A stretch of DNA of 64,000 nucleotides. It comes from an uncultured bacterium. GTDB lineage: Bacteria > Patescibacteriota > Minisyncoccia > Phycocordibacterales > PALSA-1337. The notes below the pieces were generated by a model. It ran no database searches. It was given only the letters and a program-made list of their open reading frames with translations, and was not told where the DNA came from. This document shows positions 37,207 to 46,186 of this stretch, piece after piece. Position numbers and translations under genes: made by a program. Each line of letters opens with the position of its first letter. Position 1 is the first letter of the stretch. Where the stretch lies: NCBI GenBank assembly GCA_963701025.1, contig OY969557.1:234405-298404 (forward strand), read 5' to 3'.

Positions 37207-38475
37207 CTAGATCTCCTGTATCGAAGATTTCACACATGAACCATTCTTGAGAACATATGTACTACTACAATAGAAATTACAAGAAGGAGTGGCCGCCCCT
37301 GAACATTGAGGAGCACTTGCAGAACCCCAGATTGATGCCGGACCCGTAGCACCAGTAATGCTTGTGCAAATATTTGTATGTGCCGGCCGATTACAGGTTG
37401 GATTGTTAACTATGTTGTTATACGGATTAATCGTAATCGTAAGCATCTTAGACTGCACCCCCACACCCAACAAGAAATATGACAAGATTAGTTTTTTAGT
37501 AATGGGATTAGGACCTGGATTCGTGAATGTAAACTGATCCTGACCTTGAGAACTAAACGGAAGCACATTAGGGCTCGGACTTGAAGTCAAACCGGAATTC
37601 TCACCCCAGTCAGTCGCGATACCCGGAAGAGGAGAAGTCGATGCAGTTTGGATACTCGTGGCACTATTCGGAATCCATTGTACCGGAACAGTGACTGAAC
37701 CACCTAGAGAAGGAATGGTGTAGCTAATACTATTGGCAAACCAGTTTCCGGTGCCAGCCGGGCTACCCGGACCGGTATCTTGTGCTTGGAGTACAAGATC
37801 TGTCGTTCCCCCTCCCTGACACAGCGGATTCACCGCCGGATCGCACAAGCCGCAGCCTGGCCCTGTACAACCTCCTCCTCCCACCGGAGAAAAGGCTCCG
37901 AAGCTCAACCAACCGAGGACATTGCCGCCCCAAGCGAAACCGCTGAATCTTCCGTAGGTATTGGCATTGCCGGAATCGATTCCGACAGTCACGCCTTTCG
38001 TCGAAGTTCCCTGATAGCCGCTGGTATCGGGAGACGGGTGATTCGTGCCGGAAAGCTCTACGCAACCATCCCAACCGTCAGTCGTACTGCCTTGCGCGCC
38101 GAGGACGCGGATCCAACCAGTTACGGCTCCGCTCGTGTTATTGACGTTCGCACCCGTCGTACCGGTGCATCCGGTGAGGTCACTCTGATTGAAGCTTATC
38201 CACCCAATATTCGGAGACCAGGCATAACCGGTCAGATTGCCGGAACCATCGACAGCGACATCATACGCGCTGGCACTGTTGCCGGAACCGCCTGTGCCGG
38301 TATTGTTATCGGCGCTATTGAAAGAGACCCAGCCGATGTTCGAAGACCATGCCCATCCCTTGAGAGGCGTGCCAATGCCTTGAGCGTGAACTGCTTGTTT
38401 GCCGATGCTCATAGTGAATGCTCCGAGCGCGGCAAGCAGGACGATGGCTACGATGTATAGCGAGTATTTTTTCAT
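37207..38475 (-). CDS. Secreted surface protein with G-[WYF]-AW..GW.SF repeats
   Basis: Signal peptide; GWAWSSNIGWVSF, GYAWSPNIGWISF, GFAWGGNVLGWLSF; Cys-rich segments; ends IQEI. Confidence 0.8.
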   Translation of the reverse strand: MKKYSLYIVAIVLLAALGAFTMSIGKQAVHAQGIGTPLKGWAWSSNIGWVSFNSADNNTGTGGSGNSASAYDVAVDGSGNLTGYAWSPNIGWISFNQSDLTGCTGTTGANVNNTSGAVTGWIRVLGAQGSTTDGWDGCVELSGTNHPSPDTSGYQGTSTKGVTVGIDSGNANTYGRFSGFAWGGNVLGWLSFGAFSPVGGGGCTGPGCGLCDPAVNPLCQGGGTTDLVLQAQDTGPGSPAGTGNWFANSISYTIPSLGGSVTVPVQWIPNSATSIQTASTSPLPGIATDWGENSGLTSSPSPNVLPFSSQGQDQFTFTNPGPNPITKKLILSYFLLGVGVQSKMLTITINPYNNIVNNPTCNRPAHTNICTSITGATGPASIWGSASAPQCSGAATPSCNFYCSSTYVLKNGSCVKSSIQEI

Positions 38476-38564
38476 AAAATGTGGTTAAAGAAGATAATTA
38501 AAGGAGGTATTAGTACGCCTCTATTGTAACCCATTCGCCGCGATAAAGCTGTGGATAAAAGGCC

Positions 38565-40961
38565 TTATTTTACGGGCCACGCTTCCACCATCAGCATGGA
38601 CTTTCTGCCCTCAATTTCCTGCCATATCTCCTCTGTCACATACGGCATGAAGGGGTGGAGCAATTTGAGGATGGTCTCCAGGGCTTGCCGGAGAAAAGCG
38701 GCGCGCGAAACTTGAGCCGCCTCGTCGCCGGTAGCGGGAACACCGAATATGCCGACGATCGGCTTGCTCTCCTCGAGGATCTTGTCGGCGAATTCGTGCC
38801 AGACATAGTGATAGAGCTTCTCGCCGACGAGGTAGAACTTATATTCATCCATCTCTCGGGTGACTTCAGCAGTAAGATCTTCGAGATGTTTCTGGTGCTC
38901 TTGTTCAGTGGCGCCGAATTTCACTTTGTCCATTTCCACTTTCTTCTTGCTCCCTACTCCATTCTCCTTACTCCCCGTTTCTTTCTCCTCTATTGAAAGT
39001 ACGAACCTCGCGATATTCCACAGCTTATTGGAGAAAAGTTTGTACGCCTTTATCTTCTGTTCGTCTATCTTGCTGTCATTGCCGGGACCAACGCCGACGA
39101 TGAGGGACATGCGCACCGCGTCAGCGCCGTACTTGGCGATCATGTCCAGAGGATCGATGTTATTGCCGAGCGACTTGCTTATCTTGCGATTTTTCGTATC
39201 GCGAACCAGCCCATGCAAGTAAACCGTCTTGAATGGGATTTCCCCCAGAAGATACGAGCTCATCAATATCATGCGCGCCACCCAGAAGAAGAGGATGTCC
39301 GATCCGGTCTCAAGGATAGTCGTCGGATGATATTCTCGGTGAGCCTTGAATTCCTTTTCATCCGGCCAACCGAGCGTCGAGAATGTCCACAGGCCGGAAG
39401 AGAACCACGTGTCGAGGGTGTCCTCGTCTTGTTTCCACCCATCGCCCTTCGGCGCTTCAAGGCCGACATATATTTCATCATCCTCTACCCTATACCCTAT
39501 ACCCTTTTTTCTGTACCACACCGGAATGCGATGTCCGTACCAGATCTGCCGTGAGATGCACCAATCGCGGAGATTTTCTATCCAATTGAAGTAGACTTTC
39601 TCAAAACGGTCAGGGATTATTTTGATCGGCTCCGAATCGCCGGAAGGACTGGAACCACCGATACCATTCTCCACGGCTTCCTTCATTAACTCTTTCAAAG
39701 TGACAACTTTCTTGACACTTTTCGATGATGACTTACTTGAGACACCCCCGCCTGTGACATTCGCACCTGGATTGAATTCCTTATTTACCGCCACAAACCA
39801 TTGCAATTTCGGTAAAGGTTCCACAACGCCTCCCGTGCGCTCGGCAAGGCTTATGTTATGCTCTATCTCCTCCTCTTTTTCGAGCAGACCTTCTGCCTTG
39901 AGCCACGCAACGACAGCCTGGCGCGCTTCGGCCACTTTCTTGTCTTTAACGACAAATTCCGGCTTTGGGGCCGAGCTCGCATCATAGCCGACCGTCATGC
40001 GGGCATATTCGTTTATGACTTGTTTGAGCGGCAAATCGTGCTTTTGAGCCATTTCCCAGTCTATCTGGCTGTGCGCCGGAGTGACGCCGAGCGCGCCTGT
40101 GCCGAAATCTTTTTCGACGGCAGGATCAGCTATGACTTTCAAATGAATCGATTCGCCCGCGAAAACAGTATCGAATTCTTTGCCGACAAATTTCTTGTAG
40201 CGCGCGTCATCAGGATGTACCGCTACAGCCGTATCGCCGAGCTTCGTCTCCGGCCGGGTCGTGGAAATACTGATCGGTATCATCTCACCCGTCTTGACAT
40301 CTTTGCCGTATTTGAATGTGTATAGCTTCGTCTTCCTCGTCTCATAGACAATCTCGTCGTCGGAAATAGTAGTCTGACCTTTCGGATCCCAATTGACCAC
40401 GCGATAGCCGCGATATATGAGGCCGTCGTCATACATCTTTTTGAAAGCGGTGCGCACGGCCAGATTTCTCTTTTCATCCAATGTGAAAGCCTCGCGCGAC
40501 CAGTCGATGGAACAACCCATTTTCCGCATTTGCGAAACGATGATGTCGTGAGTCTCTTTGACATGAGATTCTATCCGCTTCAGGAGCTCATCGCGGCCGA
40601 GATCGTGGCGCGACCTACCTTCTTTCTTTTGGATGTCTTTCTCCACCACGGACTGCGTGGCTATGGCCGCATGGTCGGTGCCGGGGATCCACAGGGCCTT
40701 TTTTCCTTTCATGCGGGCATAACGCACCATAATATCCTCAATAGCGAGCATCAGAGCCGAGCCCATGTGTAACACGCCCGTCACGTTCGGTGGCGGCAGG
40801 ACGATGGAGAACGGCTCACCGTTCGCGCCTTGGCCAGGCTTGTCAGACGGCAGTTTGTCTGGATCGAAATAGCCGCTCTTTTCCCACATCTCGTATATGC
40901 GGGCTTCTGTCTCTGCGGGGTTATATGGCTTGAGGAATTTATCCGGAAGATGGTCGCTCAT
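38565..40961 (-). CDS. valS: Valine--tRNA ligase (no C-terminal coiled-coil arm)
   Basis: PPPNVTGVLHMGS, GTDHAAIATQ, TTRPET, DWCISRQIWYGH, DTWFSS, KISKSLGN. Confidence 0.96.
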   Translation of the reverse strand: MSDHLPDKFLKPYNPAETEARIYEMWEKSGYFDPDKLPSDKPGQGANGEPFSIVLPPPNVTGVLHMGSALMLAIEDIMVRYARMKGKKALWIPGTDHAAIATQSVVEKDIQKKEGRSRHDLGRDELLKRIESHVKETHDIIVSQMRKMGCSIDWSREAFTLDEKRNLAVRTAFKKMYDDGLIYRGYRVVNWDPKGQTTISDDEIVYETRKTKLYTFKYGKDVKTGEMIPISISTTRPETKLGDTAVAVHPDDARYKKFVGKEFDTVFAGESIHLKVIADPAVEKDFGTGALGVTPAHSQIDWEMAQKHDLPLKQVINEYARMTVGYDASSAPKPEFVVKDKKVAEARQAVVAWLKAEGLLEKEEEIEHNISLAERTGGVVEPLPKLQWFVAVNKEFNPGANVTGGGVSSKSSSKSVKKVVTLKELMKEAVENGIGGSSPSGDSEPIKIIPDRFEKVYFNWIENLRDWCISRQIWYGHRIPVWYRKKGIGYRVEDDEIYVGLEAPKGDGWKQDEDTLDTWFSSGLWTFSTLGWPDEKEFKAHREYHPTTILETGSDILFFWVARMILMSSYLLGEIPFKTVYLHGLVRDTKNRKISKSLGNNIDPLDMIAKYGADAVRMSLIVGVGPGNDSKIDEQKIKAYKLFSNKLWNIARFVLSIEEKETGSKENGVGSKKKVEMDKVKFGATEQEHQKHLEDLTAEVTREMDEYKFYLVGEKLYHYVWHEFADKILEESKPIVGIFGVPATGDEAAQVSRAAFLRQALETILKLLHPFMPYVTEEIWQEIEGRKSMLMVEAWPVK

Positions 40962-40991
40962 GTCTCAATGTTAGCATATCATTAGTATATT

Positions 40992-41774
40992 TCAGTATAT
41001 CTCTATGGCCACCAGCTTTGAAACGCCGAGCCCTTCCATTTTCGGCATATCGATGCCGATCTCCTTACGCCAGAACACATCGTCTTTGAGAAGCTCGATG
41101 ATCCACGGGAAATGCGCATCCTGCGAAAAGATGACGCCGCCTTTTTGCATCAGGGGATATCCGTACTTCAGACAATCTTTCGTCGACTGGAGGAGATCGA
41201 CGTTCATGCACATGACGGCGATCGGTTGCTTGAAAGCCGACAGAGTATCTTTGACCCAGCCTTTATGAAAATCGCACCGGCTGATATCGCCGTATCGCCT
41301 AACTGCCTCCTTCACCTCGCCGAGACGCACGGCATGACTGCCTTTGGGGAAATGATGTTCCCTGCCATATATGCTCTTGCCATGGGCCTCGCTATTCTCC
41401 GGCATGCCTTCGAACGAGTCGAAGACTTCGAGCCGGCGGCTACAGAGCCGTGCCACCAAAGAGAGCTTGGCGGTACTGCCGCCGTGATAAGCTCCCGCTT
41501 CGACGATCGCTCCCGGCACCGATGGATCCACGTTCAATATCCGCCGGGCTATGGCCAAGAGTTCGTGTTCTGTATGCGGACAATCGACCGTGTACGAGAT
41601 GAGATAGAATTTACGGATGAGACTCAAGCGGGCGAAAAATGTAGTCGGCGATGCGGTCGAATGGAAAAGAAAGCCGAGCGCGGCCGGAACATCCTTGGGA
41701 AAATAATATATCTTGCGATAGATATACAGGAATATCCAGGGGGTATGTCGTTTGATGCTGGTTCGGAGAGTCAT
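40992..41774 (-). CDS. TylF/MycF-family O-methyltransferase
   Basis: VPGAIVEAGAYHGGS, FDSFEGMP, KGWVKDTL, VDLLQST. Confidence 0.85.
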   Translation of the reverse strand: MTLRTSIKRHTPWIFLYIYRKIYYFPKDVPAALGFLFHSTASPTTFFARLSLIRKFYLISYTVDCPHTEHELLAIARRILNVDPSVPGAIVEAGAYHGGSTAKLSLVARLCSRRLEVFDSFEGMPENSEAHGKSIYGREHHFPKGSHAVRLGEVKEAVRRYGDISRCDFHKGWVKDTLSAFKQPIAVMCMNVDLLQSTKDCLKYGYPLMQKGGVIFSQDAHFPWIIELLKDDVFWRKEIGIDMPKMEGLGVSKLVAIEIY

Positions 41775-41806
41775 GCTCGTGTAAGCGTCTTGTAAGTGGA
41801 ATTCAA

Positions 41807-42505
41807 TTAAGCAGCCCGGCGGACGAGGACGAATGGCGTCATCTTATTGCCCTGGCCGAGCGGATTGTCGAGGAGAATGAGCCGCGCGGTCTTCTTGTCG
41901 AGGCCGACGCCCTTGCTCACGCCCAGTATCTTGACATTGATAAAGTTGGCGTCGGCGGTCACCGTAGGAATGCCGAATTTCTTCTCAATATCGTCGCAGA
42001 CGCCCTGCGGATCTGGCGGTGGCAGGACAGCCCATTCCGTATACGGATACATATCCTCGGGAATGAAGCCATCGATCTCCGATACACGGTTGCCGGCTAT
42101 GATCCAGAACAAACCGCGTATGCCGACCACCTTGCCAAGGCCGCCCAATATCATGGCCGGAATGATACGCCAGACGCCGGCTTCTTCTATGGCTACCTGG
42201 ACTTTCTCCGGTTTTGACCAGGCGGTCATATTCTTGTGCTTCTTTACGCCCTTGGTGACGAGACGCGCCAACCATGTCACTTTGACCGTAGAGATGTGTC
42301 GGACACGATTCTCCGATATGGATATGATCTTCTCGGAAAGGGCCAGCCAATCGCCCTTACGATAGTGAGGCAGGACGAATTCCGCGAGGGTCTTCTCCAG
42401 CGGTTCGCCAAATTCTATCAGGCGTGGCACTTTGATGGCACGGCGCTCATAGACGATGCCGTCCACGGTGATGTTCTTGACCGGTTGGATGATGCTCTGT
42501 TCCAT
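41807..42505 (-). CDS. Coenzyme F420:glutamate ligase (CofE)-like protein
   Basis: LSEKIISI, IDG, LPP.DP, DAN and DNPLGQG...TP motifs; start placed at MEQSII. Confidence 0.7.
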   Translation of the reverse strand: MEQSIIQPVKNITVDGIVYERRAIKVPRLIEFGEPLEKTLAEFVLPHYRKGDWLALSEKIISISENRVRHISTVKVTWLARLVTKGVKKHKNMTAWSKPEKVQVAIEEAGVWRIIPAMILGGLGKVVGIRGLFWIIAGNRVSEIDGFIPEDMYPYTEWAVLPPPDPQGVCDDIEKKFGIPTVTADANFINVKILGVSKGVGLDKKTARLILLDNPLGQGNKMTPFVLVRRAA

Positions 42506-42615
42506 GCCGGTTGATGATACCACGCGGAGACGCGCGAAAAAAGACGGATGCGTAAAAAGATTAAAAAACCGGCCGGCGAGCATGTGCTCGCGAGGCCGGT
42601 CGGAACGATCAAGCA

Positions 42616-43692
42616 TCAAACATTCCATTCCGGGATGCTCCATGGCATAGGAGCCGTCTTTGAGTCGAGCCATCCTTCGGGAACAGGCAGGAGCTCGTCG
42701 GCATAGGGCCGCAGTCCGTCGTGGAAAACGATCAGGGCGTTGACAAATCCGTCCCGGCTACGCAACGAGTCAAGCATGCCGGCACGGCGATACCACTCGA
42801 CAGTCTTCAGGGCGGCGATGTACGACGCGCCGGAAGATGGACCTGGCATTATACCGCTCTGATATTGAATCTGTAGTACGGCTAACCAAGCTTCCCTTGC
42901 CATCACTTCGACGGTATCGTCTATGGCCCTCTGCCACGGGTGACGGATCTCCGTCATCTGGGACAAACTGCGCATGCCGGGTATGTTTTCACCCTCGGCG
43001 CACATGGCCCCGATGACGTAAAGACCTTCCCTGGCATTCTTAAGACCATGCGAAAGGCCAGTGATTGTGGCCCCGGTGCCTATAGGACAGACGAGAAGCC
43101 TGAAGCCTCCCAGCATGTTTGCCGATATCTTGGGAGCCGCCACGTCCCGATAGAACGCCACCATCATCGGATTGGCGTATTGATCCAAGTTGAGCATGCC
43201 ATCGGACGACACTTTCCACTCGCCGTTCGGCCGCCAGCCTCCACCGCCCAAGTGGCGCGCGGTCTCGATGGCGCTCATGCCATCGTTCGGCTTGATGATC
43301 TTCCCTCCCGCATCGCGTATGGGGAATCTTTTTCCGCGGGGAACGCTGTCTTTCATGACCAGGAGCGCCTCCTTGCCGTAATGCCTGGCGAAGTGGACGA
43401 GACACAAACCTGTCGCTCCAGAGGTGGACTCGACGAGCGTGTCGACCTTATCCAACAGGCCATTATTCGACGCTTCTTCGAGCATCATGGCTACCGGCCC
43501 CATTTTGAATGTCACATAGGGATTGGTGAGCGACGACACCGCCATCAAGCGGACTTTGTCCTTCAGGAACGGATTCAATACGGGACTCAACTCATCCAAC
43601 GGGATGATCGGCAGAGACCAGTTCTCTACCCCTTTCTGCAGGTAAAAGTTCTTCATAATTTGCCTTTTCAATATTTCAGACGTTTGTTCCAA
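42616..43692 (-). CDS. PLP-dependent cysteine synthase-family protein (divergent)
   Basis: NP..TFK (PLP lysine), VESTSGATG, LDQYANP, IGTGATITG, IPG, GPSSGA. Confidence 0.8.
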   Translation of the reverse strand: MEQTSEILKRQIMKNFYLQKGVENWSLPIIPLDELSPVLNPFLKDKVRLMAVSSLTNPYVTFKMGPVAMMLEEASNNGLLDKVDTLVESTSGATGLCLVHFARHYGKEALLVMKDSVPRGKRFPIRDAGGKIIKPNDGMSAIETARHLGGGGWRPNGEWKVSSDGMLNLDQYANPMMVAFYRDVAAPKISANMLGGFRLLVCPIGTGATITGLSHGLKNAREGLYVIGAMCAEGENIPGMRSLSQMTEIRHPWQRAIDDTVEVMAREAWLAVLQIQYQSGIMPGPSSGASYIAALKTVEWYRRAGMLDSLRSRDGFVNALIVFHDGLRPYADELLPVPEGWLDSKTAPMPWSIPEWNV

Positions 43693-43773
43693 AACTACCT
43701 TGAATGATGAAAACTGTCAATAACCAATATGTTGACTTTTCCTTTGATGTATCGTAGTATCGAAAACACGACC

Positions 43774-44733
43774 ATGGCGATAGAAAACAGGCCAACAATA
43801 TCCCATAAGCTTATGCTTCTAGCCGGAGCCTGCGGTATGCTGGCCGTGGCTATTTTCAGCATCGCTCCGGCGGCTTATGCTTCATATAATTCTTCATATA
43901 ACTACGGCAATTCTAATTACGGCAATTCCCACAACGATTCTTATAATCACAACAATAACAACTGGAACAGCGGCTCTTACCGGATGAACGACAATAACCA
44001 TGACAGGGACGATCATTATCCTGTACAGACGTATCACTACCAACCACAGACGCCGATATATAACTACTATTACCCTCAAACTCCGGTATACAACTATTCG
44101 TACCCCACTTATTATCAATATCCCCAGAGCTATCCGGTGAGCTACCCGACGACGTACTATGAGCCGGCACCGCAGACATATTACCAACCGACGTATTACC
44201 AGTCCGCGCCGACATACTACCAATCAGCGCCGACGTATGCCTACCAGACGCCTTCGTACACTTCGTATCCGTACGTGAATCAGAGCAATGCGAGCGGTCT
44301 CACTATCAGCTGTTCCGCGGAACCTTCCACAGCCATCATAAATCAGCCGGTCACCTGGACCGCCGAGGTCAGCGGTGGTTCCGCGCCGTATACGTATTCG
44401 TGGTCTGGATCGGGAGGACTATCCGGATCACAAAGCTCCGTCACGGAATATTACGATACCGTAGGGCAAGAAAGCGCCGTAGTCATAGTGACCTCCGCCA
44501 ACGGCCTCTCCGGCACGCACGCATGCGACAATACGCTCACCGTGGAAGGCTCCGGCGCGAACTATATCCCACAAAGCGCTCCCGCCTCCCCGCAGGCGCC
44601 CGTAGAGAATAATCCAAACGCCGCAGCAGCCGGTCTTAGCGCCGTTTCTTTCGGAGTGATCGCCGTTCTCATCATCCTCATCCTCATTGGAGCCATCATA
44701 TATCTCATGTCCCAGCGTAGAAAGGTGGTGTAG
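43774..44733 (+). CDS. Membrane-anchored surface protein: Asn/Tyr/Pro-rich repeats + PKD-like domain
   Basis: Signal peptide, YYQ(S/P)APT-type repeats, VTWTAEVSGGSAPYTYSWSG, C-terminal TM + RRK. Confidence 0.75.
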   Translation: MAIENRPTISHKLMLLAGACGMLAVAIFSIAPAAYASYNSSYNYGNSNYGNSHNDSYNHNNNNWNSGSYRMNDNNHDRDDHYPVQTYHYQPQTPIYNYYYPQTPVYNYSYPTYYQYPQSYPVSYPTTYYEPAPQTYYQPTYYQSAPTYYQSAPTYAYQTPSYTSYPYVNQSNASGLTISCSAEPSTAIINQPVTWTAEVSGGSAPYTYSWSGSGGLSGSQSSVTEYYDTVGQESAVVIVTSANGLSGTHACDNTLTVEGSGANYIPQSAPASPQAPVENNPNAAAAGLSAVSFGVIAVLIILILIGAIIYLMSQRRKVV

Positions 44734-44744
44734 AAGATTGTTTT

Positions 44745-44751
44745 GTGACCC
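44745..44751 (+). repeat. Left att core GTGACCC
   Basis: Identical to 52602-52608 in the tRNA-Glu 3' end; followed by 20 further open codons and TAA in the recombinase frame. Confidence 0.72.
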
Positions 44752-44928
44752 ACATTATACAGGATTGGAAACAGATCGTAGAAAATATCAGATTGTGGCA
44801 TGTACTAAAATAATGGCACAAAAAGAAAAGGGCTCCTTAGGCACTGACACCTTTCGGATCCTTTTTCGTGTGGATACATCATCATTATTGCATATCCGGA
44901 CAGAATGTAGAGAGCTTTATGCACAGGC

Positions 44929-45991
44929 CTCAAGTTCTAATCTGAATCAATACACCCTCTGAATACCTCCCTTGGTGTTCTGTAGCCCAGCCGCTTTCTC
45001 GGCCGGTCATTCAACATTCGTACTGCACGTTGAACTTGGTATGGGGTAATGGTAGCAAAGTAAGTGCCTTTAGGAAAGAATTGCCTGAGCAATCCATTCC
45101 AGTTTTCATTTGTCCCTCGCTCCCACGAATGGTACGCGGTCGCATGATATACATCGAGTCCGGTTTTCTCTTCAAGTAAACTGTCATATCCGCTGACCTC
45201 AGTTCCGTTGTCTCTGGTTAGAGTCCTTCGTAAATATTTTGGCAACGCTACGAATCGAGACACTGCTTTTTTGTTGATGATCTCTGCGCTCACCACCTCA
45301 AGTTTCTCGGCCATGGCGTATCCGCTCTTTCTTTCAACACAGCTCCAGATCCTTTGAACTCTTTCCTTGCCGATGACAGTATCATCTTCCCAATCTCCGA
45401 GGCGTGAGCGTTCGTCCACTTCCTTTGGTCTTTCCTCGATCCTTCTCACTTTCATGGCTCTAGCAAGCTCCATACGGGCTTTTGAACCTCTTTTCTTCCG
45501 GTACTTGCACTTCTGATGCCGCAGATACTTTACAAGGTCCGGTCTTTTCTCGTACACAAAAGTGTAGATCGTTTCGTGACATACAATCGTTCTTCCGGTC
45601 ATCATTTTCAGTCTTCCTGCAATTTGTTCGGGTGACCATAATCGCTTCAATTTGCGGACGATGTGACGCCGTAGTTTCCTGTCGTTTTCGATCTTTCTCT
45701 CTAGTATTTTTACACGTCTTCTTCTTGCCAGATATCTTTTGTGCGCATGACCACCTCGATATATACCATCAGGATCTTTGTTTCGACTGATTTCAAGACA
45801 GACATTGCTTCTCTGCATGCCAAGTATCCTGGCGCATTCAGTCTGGCTCTTTCTTGCACTTAAAAGTATCGCTAGCTCTACTCTAGTATCTCTGTTAAAT
45901 TGTTTGTGCGACATCCTCGTGTGTAATTTAGCTGGTAATGGTATACCGCTACAGTACCACGGGGGTGTTGCGTTTCAGGTTAGAATTTACC
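44929..45991 (-). mobile_element. IS30-family insertion sequence, copy 2 (1063 bp)
   Basis: Reverse complement of copy 1 at the ends and segments compared; flanked by a GGC direct repeat (44926-28, 45992-94). Confidence 0.93.
44937..45914 (-). CDS. IS30-family transposase
   Basis: Protein identical to that of 7159-8136. Confidence 0.96.
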   Translation of the reverse strand: MSHKQFNRDTRVELAILLSARKSQTECARILGMQRSNVCLEISRNKDPDGIYRGGHAHKRYLARRRRVKILERKIENDRKLRRHIVRKLKRLWSPEQIAGRLKMMTGRTIVCHETIYTFVYEKRPDLVKYLRHQKCKYRKKRGSKARMELARAMKVRRIEERPKEVDERSRLGDWEDDTVIGKERVQRIWSCVERKSGYAMAEKLEVVSAEIINKKAVSRFVALPKYLRRTLTRDNGTEVSGYDSLLEEKTGLDVYHATAYHSWERGTNENWNGLLRQFFPKGTYFATITPYQVQRAVRMLNDRPRKRLGYRTPREVFRGCIDSD

Positions 45992-46000
45992 GGCTCGACA

Positions 46001-46180
46001 TTGACACACTGGCCATGACCATGCATATAATAAGATATCGATATAGTGCAAGCGTGCTTATCGATTCGCATTAGCGAGTGTAGAGATGAAATATTCTCTC
46101 GCAAACAGGTAACGGTCGATCTCCGTATCAGTAATCTGGAGTTGTACCTGCAACGCTTACTTATTAGTTAAGCGTTTTTA
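46001..46180 (+). promoter_or_regulatory. Promoter and structured leader with alternative terminator/antiterminator pairing upstream of the AIPR gene
   Basis: TTGACA(46001)-19-TATAAT(46026). ACGCTT(46153) can pair with AAGCGT(46050) or within the AACGCTTA/TAAGCGTT hairpin followed by a T-run. Confidence 0.45.
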
Positions 46181-46186
46181 ATTTAT

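Noticed and set aside
43880-44270. Short tandem repeats that could suggest a CRISPR array
   Set aside because: In-frame coding repeats (YYQSAPT, NYGNS) with no constant repeat/unique spacer structure and no cas genes in the window.
7082-45991. Composite transposon bounded by the two IS30 copies
   Set aside because: Each copy has its own target duplication, and the interval is housekeeping DNA.
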